Below are positions 11,475 through 24,705 of a stretch of 64,000 bases of DNA, piece by piece; positions within the stretch are counted from its first letter, which is position 1; every line of letters begins with the position of its first letter. The notes under the pieces were generated by a model. The model was given only the letters and a program-made list of their open reading frames with translations. It was not told the origin of the DNA and ran no database searches. This DNA comes from Callorhinchus milii (Eukaryota), in assembly GCF_018977255.1 (NCBI RefSeq), contig NW_024704743.1:110052001-110116000 (forward strand), given 5' to 3'. A program made the position numbers and the translations under genes.

Positions 11475-13804
11475 GACTGGACATTGCTTACTATTACAAA
11501 TGTATCATTTTCGGTAGGTGTTAATCCAAGCCGGAGAACAGAGAGTGAAGCTCAACAATAGCAACAACTTGCATATATATAGGCTTGTTTATAATATAGC
11601 AGCCACATTGATGTTTGCCGGAATGTTTAAAAAGCCATTTATCTTATGAAAGGTGCTGCGTAAATTCACGTTACTGTTGATACGTTAGATAAATGCAGAG
11701 CTCCTTTTAATAACACAGAACAGAGTGGAGCCGAGGTTTATGATCTATAAAATTATAACTCGTGATGTAGGGTGGCATGATGGAGGGTTTGAATGCATAT
11801 GTATCCATGCATATATATCCCACCCAACTCCACTGGTGTGTGGATCAGTGGAAGGGGTTAAGTATAAAAGTTCAGATAAAAGTGACTGATTGCGGACTGG
11901 ATGTTTACACTGCTGTAAATTCCTGATAACTTGTCATTCCAAAGGGAAATGGCTCAGTAACGAGTTATCAGGAGAGGCGAGTTTCCTTCTCAAAAAATAT
12001 AATAAATTGATCACTCAATCCATGACTGTTTGTGTGAAACTGCTGTGTGCAATTGGCTGCCGGGTTTTGCCCAGAACATACACAATCACTCCACTTTACA
12101 GTATATCCTGTGAAGCTCTTGGAAACGTCTTGAAGACACGATAAGGCGCTATATCAAATGCAAGCATTATTATTATATATATTTCGCCCACAAATATACA
12201 GTCAATTCACTTTATAGCATATTCTGTGAAGCGCTTTGAGACGTCTAGAAGACATGAAAAGCGCTATATTAAATGCAAGGATTATTATTATATATGTAAC
12301 AGGCCAAATTGCTCCCTGCGTGTAAACTGGATTTGCACAAAAATTAAAATTGGCTGACTTCTGGGTCATTAGATCTCTGTCAATTGTCACGTCCTGCTAT
12401 ACCGCATATGTGCAAAACAAGAAGTGATGCTGACAGCAGCAGTTTTATTACAAGAAGGTAAAATGGTTGGCTTCACTAGGTCGTTGCCGACATCACTTCC
12501 TGATTTGCTGCTTGTGCAACGAACATGAAAGTGATATCAGTAATGACCTAATATCTTGGGAGTCAGCAATTTTGTGGGAAAAGCCTGCTGCACATATTCA
12601 CGGCAAATTGAACCAGCAGTGTAACCACGTTTTAAGCAAAGTAGCACTATTGTGAAGCGTGTTATAACATATAAATATAACAGGAGGCTGCACTGTATGA
12701 ACTGTTATACAGTCAACACGTTGCAGCCACATTATTTTTCTTCTCTCTCGCTTTGTTATTTATTGGTCCTTTTAACCGCCCCCCCCGCCTTTTAGGATAA
12801 CCAAACCCAGAATCATTTACCAGCCAAAAGAATGTCAGGCAGCCTTGTGTCTCAGATGCTGACAATATGGTTTTGTAACTAGTTGCTAGGAGGTGTGTGA
12901 CAGCAGCTCTGGTATGACTCGCCCTCGCAGATTTCTTTCCTCCTCTGTCTACAATGCCCTTTGCCGGTGTATACTACATCCTCTCCCACGATGGCATGGC
13001 CAAGTTCTGAGCACCTCGAAGAAGGCACAATCACCAAAGCTCCTCAAGGGTCCAAAGAAGAAGGGCAAAGTGGATAGGAACAGAGCATCTGCTGAACAGA
13101 AAGCGCTTTTCAGCGTTTGCTGTTAAGAGTAATGATTGTATTTTGTAGCTTAATGCAGCAGACAATTTGGGCATGGCTATGTCCTACAAACTCCATCAAG
13201 TGAATGGCCAATTTTAATTGGGGATTGTTAGTCAGAAGATCGGGAGAAACTCCCATCTCTTTTTAGATAGAGAACTTTAATGTCCATTCGAACAGGCAGT
13301 TGAGTTTCATGTCTCATCCAAAGGACAGCACCGTGACAATACAACACAAGCCCAGCACTGCACTGAAGTGTCAACCTAGGTTATCGGACTTCAAAGCCCT
13401 GATTCAGAGGTGAAAGTTCTACCACCTGAGCCAGGCTGCTCGACAGACACCAGTGTTTATAATTGAGCACACCAGACAACTAATATACAGCAGTTTTCTA
13501 CAAACAGCTAGGAGGTGAGTAATCAATTTAATTGGAGGATTATTGGCCCGGATATAGGGAGAAACTCTCTTTTCAAGCACTGTTGCAACATCCTAAACAG
13601 AAAGGCTGGATCTCGGTTTAATGTCTTATCTAAAAGATGACACTTCCAATGATGCAGAGAGAACCCCAGCACTGCATTGGAGTGTCAGCTTGGATTGTAA
13701 GCTCAAAATCCCCATCCAGAGCTTGAACCTGTAACCTTCAGACTCAGAGGTGAGAGAGCTACAAACTGAGCCAGGCTGACAAGTAATATACCTTTGACTT
13801 GCAG

Positions 13805-13999
13805 ACAAGGGAGTATCTATCCAAGGCCCAGCGAGGCTTGATGAGCGAAGGGGTGTCGGAAGTCATCAGCAACCTTGCGGACATCTCAGAGGGGGGGACC
13901 AGCTACAGCGGGGACATTGTAGCCTCGATGAACATTCTGAAGAACATGACCGACATATTCCGGAGGACCTACTACACCCCGACAGCTGGAGATGTACAG
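13805..13999 (+). CDS. ADGRB1: ADGRB1 exon, GAIN subdomain [23 protein letters not shown]...[16 protein letters not shown]
   Basis: ttgcag| ... |gtcaga, 195 nt; BAI1-like KAQRGL.GEGVSEVI and SYSGD motifs. Confidence 0.96.
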
Positions 14000-14892
14000 G
14001 TCAGACATCACTCATCAAACAGCACCGTGACAGTAAAGGTCGGGGTAGGGGAGGGGGTGGTCTAATTGAGCAGCAAAATCACTAAGTCATGGATCCTTGT
14101 TGAGGGTGAACTCTGATGGAAAGCAGCTTAGAAGCCAATTCCCTGCTACGCAATGGGAGTCTGCTTTGGCTGTGTTTATGTCCTGGGTTTCCTGGGTGGG
14201 GGGGGGGGGCAAAGCTGTGTTCCATTGGGTTACACTTTGACACACATGCACAGGATTTGACTGTTAGGAACCAGATTTACACCTCCTCTGCAGGTCTGCC
14301 TGTTTCATTGGACTGAGCAGTGGGTACAGACCCCACCACCACATGGACCTCAGTTAGGCATTAGGATGATTAGATAAACCACAGTGTCCTTTTCAGTTCC
14401 TCATTACAATGGCACCGGTTGTTTCACTGAGACAGATAACCAAGGACAGATGGCTAATAGGGGTAATAATGCAGTAAGGAAGAGAGCTTGCTCTCCCAAG
14501 ACTGGAGACAAAGCCAGAAGAGATCCAGAATTCTCTCTGGCCTTTGAGACTATTTCGTCTTAGAATTTATGAATGCACAAAATTAGGGAAATATCTTAAA
14601 TCTGATCTTAATTTGGAAACCGGCTCTCTTGAAGAACCGTGGAAAAATGTTTTAGAAATTCAGACTGGATGTAAGGGTTTTCCCTTACTGCTTAATGTTG
14701 GGTTAAAATAGAGAGTGCTTTACTCCAGTTCATGCCAACAACGCTGCGAAATGTAATCCATTACGCCAACTCTGCCATTCCCTCCCCTTCATAAAGTGTA
14801 ATAAAGTCTTCAAAAGAAACATTTCGCTTCACATTCACAGATGACCCTTTAGCACTAACCTTGGCTTTCTTGCTTCTGTGTCCACTGCACAG

Positions 14893-14961
14893 AATTTTGT
14901 TCAGATCGTGAGCAATTTGTTGTCGGAAGAAAACAGAGCAAGATGGGAAGAGGCTCAGCTG
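14893..14961 (+). CDS. ADGRB1: ADGRB1 exon, [27 protein letters not shown]
   Basis: gcacag| ... |gtaagt, 69 nt. Confidence 0.95.
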
Positions 14962-15644
14962 GTAAGTAGAAAAGATTGGCTCTTGACAAACATTGATGGA
15001 GAATTGCTACTCGCAAGAACATAGCATTTGTAAAACTAACAATGAAACATTATAGTATGAGATGAAAGGTTAAGGTACATGGTGAACGGTTATGGTACGA
15101 GTTGAAAAGTGCAAGGTATGAGGTGAAAGCATATGACTGGTCACCAGGATGTACATTTGAGTCCAGGTGTTATTTAAAAAATGGCTTGATGCTGTAATCG
15201 GAGGACACTAGGTGAGTATTATGGAAAGGTTTGAATGCATTACATTTCTCAGCTTCTGTGGATCGCTTTTTTGAGTAAGGGGCATCTCAATGAAGGAAGA
15301 AATTTGCTGCAGTTTAAACATGTAGGCGTATCCTGGCTAAACATCCTGTTGCTATGGTTACCGTCACCGGTGAGTCAGCTTGGGTTCAGGACTTAATAAT
15401 AGGATTGTCGTGAGATTGCGCGTTGATATTTTTAAAAGAAAAAAAACACAGAATGCGTCTGTGATCAGCATTAAGTACTGGTCGCCTGGAAACAAATCAG
15501 AGAAGAATAGAGACCATGTTAGTTAGTGGGAATATTTATCACCTCTCGCCACCATGCTCCCATGCCCCTGTTGATTCTCTCAATACTTGGCTTTGAGCTT
15601 GTGACGTCTCCGAACTATGTTGTCTCTGTTATATTTTTTTGCAG

Positions 15645-15753
15645 ACGGGCCCAAACTCAAGGGAAGTGATGCAGACAGTCGAGTTGTTCATTGATGTCAT
15701 TGGCTTTCGGATGAAAGACTTCAGGGATTCCTACATAGTTACCCAAAATCTAG
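15645..15753 (+). CDS. ADGRB1: ADGRB1 exon, [40 protein letters not shown]
   Basis: tttgcag| ... |gtgcgc, 109 nt; DVIGFRMKD is BAI1-like. Confidence 0.95.
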
Positions 15754-16899
15754 GTGCGCCAAGGTTTTTCAATTCGCTTTACAAACTGATGGGAGAGCAT
15801 TCGGGGTTATCAAACCGATTGATTTCATTTTCACATTTCACCCTTCCCAAACTACCTTCCTCTTTCCCCACCCCCTCCCAAAACCACATTTGGGAGAGGA
15901 GAAGGTGGGAGGGAAGAAACTGAGAACTTGCATTTTTTGTAAATACTACTAATCTTTATGTTTGATGTAGCACCTTTCATGTTGGGAGGACAACCCCTTG
16001 GGACATTCTTCAGACTTAAAGATGCTATATAAATGTAATTTGTTGTTGTTGACATCTCAGCGCTTTATTGGAAAGTGACGGTGTATTTTGTAGGTGAACA
16101 CACAGTTTCCATTTCCACACATCATTGTTCCACAAACAGCTATGAAGTGAATGACCAATTTCATTTCAAATAATTCCATAGGATCTTTAACGTTCACCTG
16201 AACAGGCAGATGGGACCTTGCTATGATGTCTCATTTGAAGGACGGCATCTCCAATACTGTATTGGAGCGTCATCCTAGACTGTGAGCAAAAAGTCTTAAC
16301 GTGAAATGACAACCTTCTGACTCGGAGGCAAAAGTGCTAACAATTCCCAACCTGCTTCTTTTTTCCAAACAGTGCTACTTTAATACCAACAAAATCTTGC
16401 ACTGATATACTGCCCTCTACACAGAGAAGCACCTCAGACCGCTTAACAGTGGTGGAGAGCCTGACTCCGAGATGGCGAGGGGGAGGTGGCCGTCAGCACG
16501 GTCGAAGAGGAAGGTTTTCAGGCAGGTCTTGGAAAAAGGGAGAGGGGTCAAGGAGGAGGGAATGAGGGAGAGTGTTCCAGAGTTTCAGGACATAGTGGCT
16601 GAAAGCGCGACCTCCGATGGTGGGGCAGAGAAACAGCAACAACAAGATTTCATTTATAGAGCGCCTTTCACGTCGGGAGGACGTCCCAAGGCGCTGGACA
16701 GTTGGGTCGGGACCTGAGCAGGGGAAAATGGTCAGGGGGAGGGAAGGGAGGGGTGAGGAAAGGGAGGGCCAGTGCCAGTCAAGCAGAGACACCGGGTGGT
16801 GGATTGGGAGTGAGGAGGTCGGAGAAGAAGTGAGGTGCCAGCGAGTGAAGGGATTTGAACACGAGTGTGAGGATCTTGAAGTCGAATACCCACCTGAAT

Positions 16900-17690
16900 A
16901 AGCAGACAGACATCATCATCTTAGTGATGTCTCTCACCTCAACCTTCATGGTTCTGCCCTTGAACAGTTCTGATTCTACTTCTCACACGGTCTCCACTTT
17001 ATCTCCACAAACTGCTTTTCCTCCAGCCCCAGCACTGTCTTATGCGGAGTTCCTCAGGGCTCTGTCCTTGGTCCTCTCCTTTTCAATATCTATATGCTCC
17101 CTCTTGATAACATCATCTGCAGACATGGGGTCAACTTCCACATGTATGCGGTGACACCCACCTCTATCTTTGCCTCTGCCCTCAACTGCCCTCCTGAGTG
17201 GCTGTCAAACATCAAGTCCTGGATGAGAGCTAACTTTCTACAGTTGAACATCAACAAGATTGAAGCTCTCCTGATTGGCTCCCGTCAGCGCATCCACACC
17301 TCAGGCACTGACAGCATCACCATCCGTGGATGCACACTCCACCTCACTGAGCCAGTCCAGAAGCTTGGCATCTTGTTTGACCCTCACATATTCTTTCTAC
17401 CCCACATTCATGCCATGACCCGCTTTGCTTTCCTCCACCTCCGCAACATTGCCCGGCTCTGCCATTCTCTCGCACTGCAGGCCTCCAAAACCCTCATACA
17501 CGCATTCATAACATCCAGGCTTGACTATGCAAACTCCCTGCTTGTCGGCCTCCCCAAATCCTCTCTCCATAGCCTGCAGATCATCCAGAACTCTGCAGCC
17601 TGTGCCCTCTCCCACACCAAACTCCGCGACCCTATCACCCCCATCCACACCTGACTCCACTGGCTTCCCACCCCACTCCTCACCTCAGCT
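16900..17690 (+). mobile_element. Older L2 RT fragment
   Basis: Translates [13 protein letters not shown]...[20 protein letters not shown]...[10 protein letters not shown]. Confidence 0.88.
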
Positions 17691-19169
17691 CTTCCACACC
17701 CCACCCCACATTGCAGGCGAGGGCAGAGGGGGTGGCAATGAGGGTGGCGCCAAAAGGGGTGGATGTGAGGTGAGGTTAGAGGAGAGAGACAAAAGCAGAG
17801 ATGAGAGCGGGGGGAAGAGCCGAGGGCGGATGGGAGAGGAGAGAGGCAAGAGCTGGGGGAAAAGGTGAGGGCGGATGGGGAGAGGCGAGGGGAGAGGGCG
17901 CTGATTGTGACAACCTGTCACCTTGGCTCAAACCCAGAAAGTTCATAACTTGGCAAAAGAAGAAGCCGTAAAATAACTCCATATCACACCCACCTTGAAA
18001 TCTCACATTGTGTTGTCAAATCTCGGCGTGAGCACTATTTTTAATCCCGATTAGCAGCATTTTCATTAGAATGAGCTAACAGTGTGTGTAAAAACAATTA
18101 CAGACTGCAGGAGAAATGAAAAGGCTGCCACAGCGTTCAAACCCTCAATTAAATTATAGTGTCATTATTGACTCCCTCACCCTCCTGTTTTCTACGTGTG
18201 TTGTGTGTGGGGGAAGAATGACTCACCAGCACAAACACCTCAGCCTCCCTTCCCTACTCAATACACGCAACAAGTCACTACTACAGGCTACAAGTGTCAG
18301 CCTGTCTCAGTGCGTAGCACTCTTGCTTCTGGGTCACAAGCTAGTGGGTTTAAGCCTCATGTTGAGAATCAATCTAAGATAATAATAATCCTTGCATTTA
18401 ATATAGAGCCTTATCACATCGTTGAGACATCTCAAAACTCTTCACAGAATATACTGTAAATTAGAATATATATTTTGTGGGCGAAACGTGGGAGCCAATT
18501 GCGCACAGGATTGTCCCACAAACAGTTGTGGATTTAGGGACCAAATTATAATTTTTTAAGGGGAAAAGTGATCTGCTAATCGACTAACAACTGGGTTCCT
18601 ACTAACTGCTAGGTAATCAGAGCAGTGTGGAGTAAGGAAACTTGCCTAAGGTTTTGCCCGGGAATTGAACCTGGGTCTTCTTGCTCACGAGGTAGTGCTC
18701 TAACCACTACTCTACAGAACTCCACAGTGTCCCCCGGTGCTGTGAGAGCACTGCATTGTCAGAGGTGCTGTCTTTCAGAGGAGACGTTAAAGTATAACGA
18801 TTATGTATTGTGTAAGCAAATGCATAGCCAATTTGCCCACAGGAGCGCCTCACAAACAGCCACAAAGTGAAGGATCAATCTGGAGGATTGCTGGCCAGAA
18901 TATCAAGAGAAACTCCTTCCTCTTTTCAAATAATGGCCTCAGGATATTTAACATCCACCTGAACAGGCTTACATCAGGACCTCATCTAAAGGACAGCACC
19001 TCCAACAATGCATAGGAGTGTCAACCTAGACTGTGAACACAAAGTCCCGATGTCAGACTTGAACTCACAACTATCTGACTCAGAGGCAAGAATGCTATGA
19101 ACTGACCCAAATTGATACCCAAATAAAACCAAGTTGAATATAAAGTATTTCTTTTGTCTCCACCCCCAG

Positions 19170-19313
19170 TGTTAAGTATTTATAAACGTCCAGCCATTGG
19201 GGCTACGGACATAAATTTCCCAATGAAAGGTTGGAGAGGAATGGTGGACTGGGCCAGAAATTCTGAAGATAAAGTTACTGTTTCGAAGAATATCTTTTCG
19301 ACACGATCCTCAG
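19170..19313 (+). CDS. ADGRB1: ADGRB1 exon, [52 protein letters not shown]
   Basis: ccccag| ... |gtaaaa, 144 nt; FPMKG motif. Confidence 0.96.
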
Positions 19314-20095
19314 GTAAAATAAGATTTTATTTACTTCTTTCCTGTTGTTCATAATCCCTCAACTCTAACCAGAGAGCTGTTGGCGTGAAACCTGCGTTAG
19401 TTCTATTAGCATTCCAAATGTTGAGAAAAGTTTGATAACTACTAGGTATGAGGAATGCTATTCAGGTGTGTTCTTACCAGACTGTAGAAAGTGCCTGACC
19501 CTTCCCTACCCAGCTGCCTCGCACAGCATACAACCAGCAGAGGAATCTGGAGCAGGAACCCTGGCTGATTTTCCCCTCCCTAAACTTGGGAAGGCTGCAG
19601 TGAATTTAGCCTCCACATGAAGCCTTGGCTGAGACCAACAAACATGGGAATTCAAACCCATCTCCATCCTCATAATAAACTCACTTGATTTCAGAGATCA
19701 TTTGTAGGATGATTGAGGGCCACTGGATCAAAAAAGCAACTGGATAAGTAAGAGAATTATCGCAAAGCCACTCGTATTTAACACTTTAAATATCCAGAGG
19801 ATTTACGGGGTATCACAAAAGGGCAGGGCATTGAGACTAAAAGAAAGACCTGCCAATATTGTATAAACTGGTAGAACAGGCTCAATGGCCTGAATGGCCA
19901 CCTTCTGTTCCTATTTTCCTATTATCACTCCCCTCACTCATTATTCCTACAATTTAGGAGCATACTTGTTTGGTGGGGTCACCAATGTCATGTCAGATCT
20001 CACATTTTTTTCCACCGCAAATATTGGTGTGGATCTCTGATGGTGCAGATCTTCTTTCATTTGTAAGTCAGCATAAAATGTCTTTGTCTTTACAG

Positions 20096-20171
20096 ACCAG
20101 GACGACTCTTCAGTCTACGTGATAGGAACTGTCCTGTACAGGAACCTAGGGGGACTCCTGGCTCTTCAGAA
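20096..20171 (+). CDS. ADGRB1: ADGRB1 exon, [29 protein letters not shown](K)
   Basis: tttacag| ... |gtaagt, 76 nt; GTVLYRNLG motif. Confidence 0.94.
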
Positions 20172-20774
20172 GTAAGTCTCTTTGACCTTTCAGCCAACCT
20201 GCCCTGAAAAGGTTAAACTCAAAACTAAATTGATAACACTCAAAGATGTAACAATATAATAATCATTCTTGCATATGGTATAACACCTTATCATGTCATG
20301 AGAACATCTCAAAGTGCTGCATGGAATTTACTGTAAAGTTTAGTGACTGTATTTTGTAGGGGAATGCGGTAGACAATTTGTGCACATCAAGGTCCTGCTC
20401 GCATCCATGAAGTGAATGACCAAGTCATTGTCATTGTCTGCAGGATGCCAATAGCACAGATGAGTTGAGTGGCTGCTATATTTTCCTGTGTAACAACATT
20501 CACCTTCCCGTTCAAATTCTGCTCCGAAGGATATCGCTTAGGTAAAAAGGAGTGGTGGGGTCTCGCTTGGAGCATAAACAATGGCACAGACTGGTTTGAA
20601 TGGCTTTTTGCTGTTCCCTGTTATTCTAGGTAACACGTCGCTCTATGTAACGTGTTGGTCTATGTAAATTAAACAACTTGGCATAGCTGGATCCTGGGTT
20701 TACAGGTGCAGTAGCATTGCTCCTAATTGTGGTTGCACTTAGGGGTTAACAGATGGATTTTACTTGTATTCTAG

Positions 20775-20877
20775 GAACAACACAGTGCTGAATTCCAAGA
20801 TTATCTCTGTCATCATGAGACCATCTCCAAAATCTTTACCCAGCCCTTTGGAAATTGAATTTTCTCATCTCTACAAT
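20775..20877 (+). CDS. ADGRB1: ADGRB1 exon, [38 protein letters not shown]
   Basis: ttctag| ... |gtaagt, 103 nt. Confidence 0.95.
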
Positions 20878-21482
20878 GTAAGTCTCAACTTTACCTATGC
20901 ATTTACATTATGTAAGTCTTAACATGGTTGATGGAGAACACACAGTTTTTGTTATTATTGTTTTGTTTTCAAATGAGCTGTGTTGCTTGGATTCATTTAT
21001 CAAACTTATTTATTAAAATAAATATAAAAATGACATAAACCAAAATTAATTGTTGGCGTTCTTGTCTGTCGGGTGTGGCTCGTTAGGAAGAGTTTTGATC
21101 AGAGGTTGGTGGAAGAATATTCAAGCCCCCATAGTCCTGGCTGACACTCCAGCCCTCTACTGGGGGGAAATGGGAGGAGGGAAGAGAGAGTGCTGGATTG
21201 TCCCTGGTTACCTGTCCTCATTATTCCAACTCTCTGCTCGCTAGACTCCTCAATTCCTCACTAGAAAGACTGCAGCCTACAGAGAGCTCAGTAACGTGTT
21301 CTGTCCCACAACAGACTCCCCATCACTCTATATTCGAACTGTGTAAAGTAGCGATAGTTACAACAACCAGATCTGTCATTGAAAAGGACAGAGTGTCAAT
21401 TGTGAAATTCTTTACAGTTGAAGCATCTTATCTTACAGAAATACACAAATTCCTCAAATCAAGTGTTTCTTTTGTCTGACAG

Positions 21483-21526
21483 GGAACCACAAACCAGTCG
21501 TGCATTGTTTGGGATGAGACTGACAC
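21483..21526 (+). CDS. ADGRB1: ADGRB1 exon (approx. human exon 17), start of GPS: GTTNQSCIVWDETD(T)
   Basis: tgacag| ... |gtaagt, 44 nt; matches BAI1 GTTNQTCILWDETD. Confidence 0.94.
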
Positions 21527-23126
21527 GTAAGTTTCTCACTTAAAACACATTTGAAAGCAATGAGAGGGGAAAGCGAAACAGAGTGTTTAGCTTTTATTGA
21601 ACATTTCGGTGCTTTCTTCGGGCGAGAAAGCAAAGCGTCAGTCTCGATTGTGATCTAAATGCAGCATTTGCCATGAAGTCCTGGTTTGCATTTTCGATCC
21701 CTTTCTTCCGTATGAAGCTTGCCCTTTTCTTGATCTTGATGTTGTCTGTGCATTGAATGATAAAAGCAGCTTTGGTGATGTGTCTGCTGTGTTACGCTTG
21801 ATACTACGGCTGGAGGTTGAACACAATACTTTTGACTGTGGTTGACTGGTGTTAGTCCTGAAATTGCGCTTTGCAGTTCTAAACCTGTTTCCTCTTGTTC
21901 TACTGTCTCAGTGCATCCAAAAATCGTGTTCTGGTTTTTCCCTTTCCCTTTCAATCCCATTTAAAATGTTGTACATCTCTGTAAAATCCCATTTATGATG
22001 TCTCCTGTAACTTTCCATTTGTAATCTTGCAAAACAGACCAAGATTAAATGGGAAGGAATTCCAAGATCTATTTCCTATTACAGTTATACGGTTATAGAT
22101 ATAGAAGTGAAGTGAAAAGCGCTATATCAAATGCAAGGATTATTAGTATTATATTATTATCCCCTTTCAAGGATTCTATTGATTTTAGCCTCAATAACCA
22201 CTTAAACTAATGAATTCCAAACCCTGAATTAAAAATCATGACACAATGCCCCGTAATTTTCCCCTCTCTATTTTGTTCATTCTCACTCCCCTTATTTCCC
22301 TCATTCTCCCTTATTTATCTTTTGTTCTCTTTCTCGTTCTTTTGACTTGTCAACTTTCTGGTATTATATTATTGTATAATATTAATAACAATAATTCTGA
22401 ACCTCAAGATTCCCTAATGATTTATAAATGCTGAATGTGAGCCTCAAAATCCCTCATGGTCCTAGTAAAATCCCATCACCTGGGACCCCAGTTTAACGTC
22501 TCATCCAAATGACAGCATCTCTAACAATGCAGCACTTCCTTAGAACTGTATTGGAACGTCAGTCTAGACTGTGAGTCTAGGGTATCAAATCAAAACCTTC
22601 TACTTCAGAGGCGATTGCGCTACCAACTGAGTCAGGTTGACACGTGGGTTAATAGCCTAAAGAGGCTGCCACTAGATGCATATCACACACTGAGAAAATA
22701 TTTCTTCAGAACTCTTAGAACACAGAGCACCACTCAGATGACTCTGCGAATTGTGAGATGCGCTTAATTTGAGAGTTTTGGCCTGTTGAGCGGCACAGCA
22801 CGGTGACGGATTTTGCAAGATATGACTTTCCACTTGATGGAAGAGCTCACAGGATTCAAGTTTATTTTTGAACAGCAATTTGACACCATGAAAATTCAGT
22901 TTTCCATTTATCACAGAACAGCTTCTTGGGATCGCTCTCCAGGCACTGAGCAAGCAAATTGCTTCCTGCTGGATTTAGTAGCAATGGGTATGGATATTAA
23001 ATTGTATTGTGTGGGTGAAGACAAATTCCTTTCAATTGAGGCAATATGAGCTCAGCTTCCTGTGATGTGCTTTGCCATTTTGTGACACTGATTAAACTCT
23101 GCTGGTGGTATCCAGGCAAGCAAGTA

Positions 23127-23906
23127 CAGGACAACCCCGTTACAATGCTTATAATCACAGTTGGGTTGTGGACCTTGACATTTTCTTACCAGTAAATCGC
23201 AATTGCGGCATCAAAATCTCATTGCAAAACAAAGGCGAACTTTCGGGTTATTGGGTTGCAACTTACGTCACTTCCTGTGACTTAATGACTGGAAGTTGGC
23301 CATTTTATCGTGCCTCTTTAGAATACAAGACCTGACGAGGGTGGATTGAAAGTTTCTTTGTATTGCTATGGAGGTGTTAAATGGGCAATACACATATTGA
23401 GTTTACATAGATTTTCTTAAAAAACTTTGTTTTGCTACTGCGACGTTGAAACATGAAACATCTTAAAGAGAAGGGAGTTTCTCTTGCTTTCCTCACCAAC
23501 AATCCACCAGATCAAACTGTCATTCACTTCATAGCTGATTGATGTACATTAGCTGTTGCATTTGCCTATGAAATACACAGTCACAACAGTTTATAGAGGT
23601 GCTTTGAGACCTTATCTTTGTTTTGGACAGCCAGGTCTTTCAGTCTGGTTCAGATACTCTTAAGCATGGTGATGGGTTTCCGCATGTGTCAGACACCCGA
23701 CTAACCAAAAAAAGGCACAGACCTTTTGTCATCATATCAAAATGCAAGGATTATTATTAATTTTGTCTCCACACAGCTGTTGGCTTTCATGCAGAGGGCA
23801 GGAAATGACATCCAATACGAAGTTAAATCTCTCTTTATAACAGGCCTTCATGCACGAAATTTGGGTTTACGGACCCGAAACTGTTCATTATAACAGGGTG
23901 CTCCTG
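23127..23906. mobile_element. Non-autonomous Tc1/mariner-superfamily (Tigger/pogo-like) element with nested repeats inside
   Basis: TA|caggacaaccccgttacaatg ... cattataacagggtgctcctg|TA: imperfect 21-bp TIRs with TA on both sides. Confidence 0.65.
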
Positions 23907-24691
23907 TATATCTGGTTTATTTGACCTATGTCTCAATTATTGCTTGAAAATACGGTGATCACTCATTAGCATTTAGATAGATATTTCAGATTAAGTTGAC
24001 CTTTCAGATTAAGTTGCCTATTAGGATATTTTACCGAATTTCAACCAAGCTACTTATCAGAGAGTCAAGCGGCATCAAAGAGGAGGAGTGCACAGCACAA
24101 GAAATTTTAATTGCAGCCCACTAATCGTTCATAAAAGTAGCCCATTCTTAATAAACTGTGCTGATGTAGTTTCTAAAAGGAGAGTTTTGAAAGTTTGACT
24201 AGCAGGTTAAGAGTAGGTGGAATTTCATGGGGCTTCGATCCCATGAAATTCTACCCAGTCTTAGCCTGCTTGTCTGCTTCACCTTATCATGGTGATATAT
24301 ATTTTGTAGGATTTAGTCCCTACATTAAGCTGTAAGGTATTTTTTGTCTTCTTTGTTTCAGCTTTGATCCTCTGAGGAGACTTAAACCCTTTGCTCGACC
24401 ATAAAATTAACTTTTTAATCGATTGAGTGGATTTGTTTCCCCCTTCCTCCCTCTACGCAGCCTTTTGAGTCAACCAATAAAAGGTATTTATTTTGAGCTG
24501 AAGAGAGCAATGTGGATTTCCACTTCTTATGAGGCACAATGAGTCTTGAAAATAAACTCCTAACAAAAAAATAACACCCCTGACATTGGGACTAAATTTT
24601 GCTGATTAAAAAAAATTGCTCATCTGAGATTCGAGAAAATGGCTGGTGCTGGGATCTGGAGAGGAAGAAACCACTTATACAGAGGGTTGTG

Positions 24692-24705
24692 CTGCCACCT
24701 AGTGG
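24692..24705 (-). promoter_or_regulatory. CTCF core motif (CCACTAGGTGGCAG on the minus strand)
   Basis: Match to the CTCF consensus; a second one at 6216-6230 (GCCACCAGGTGACAG). Binding is untested. Confidence 0.5.

Noticed and set aside
14017..14032. REST/RE1-like cagcaccgtgacag
   Set aside because: Spacing is one base short of the canonical site, and a similar string occurs inside a SINE copy at ~13325
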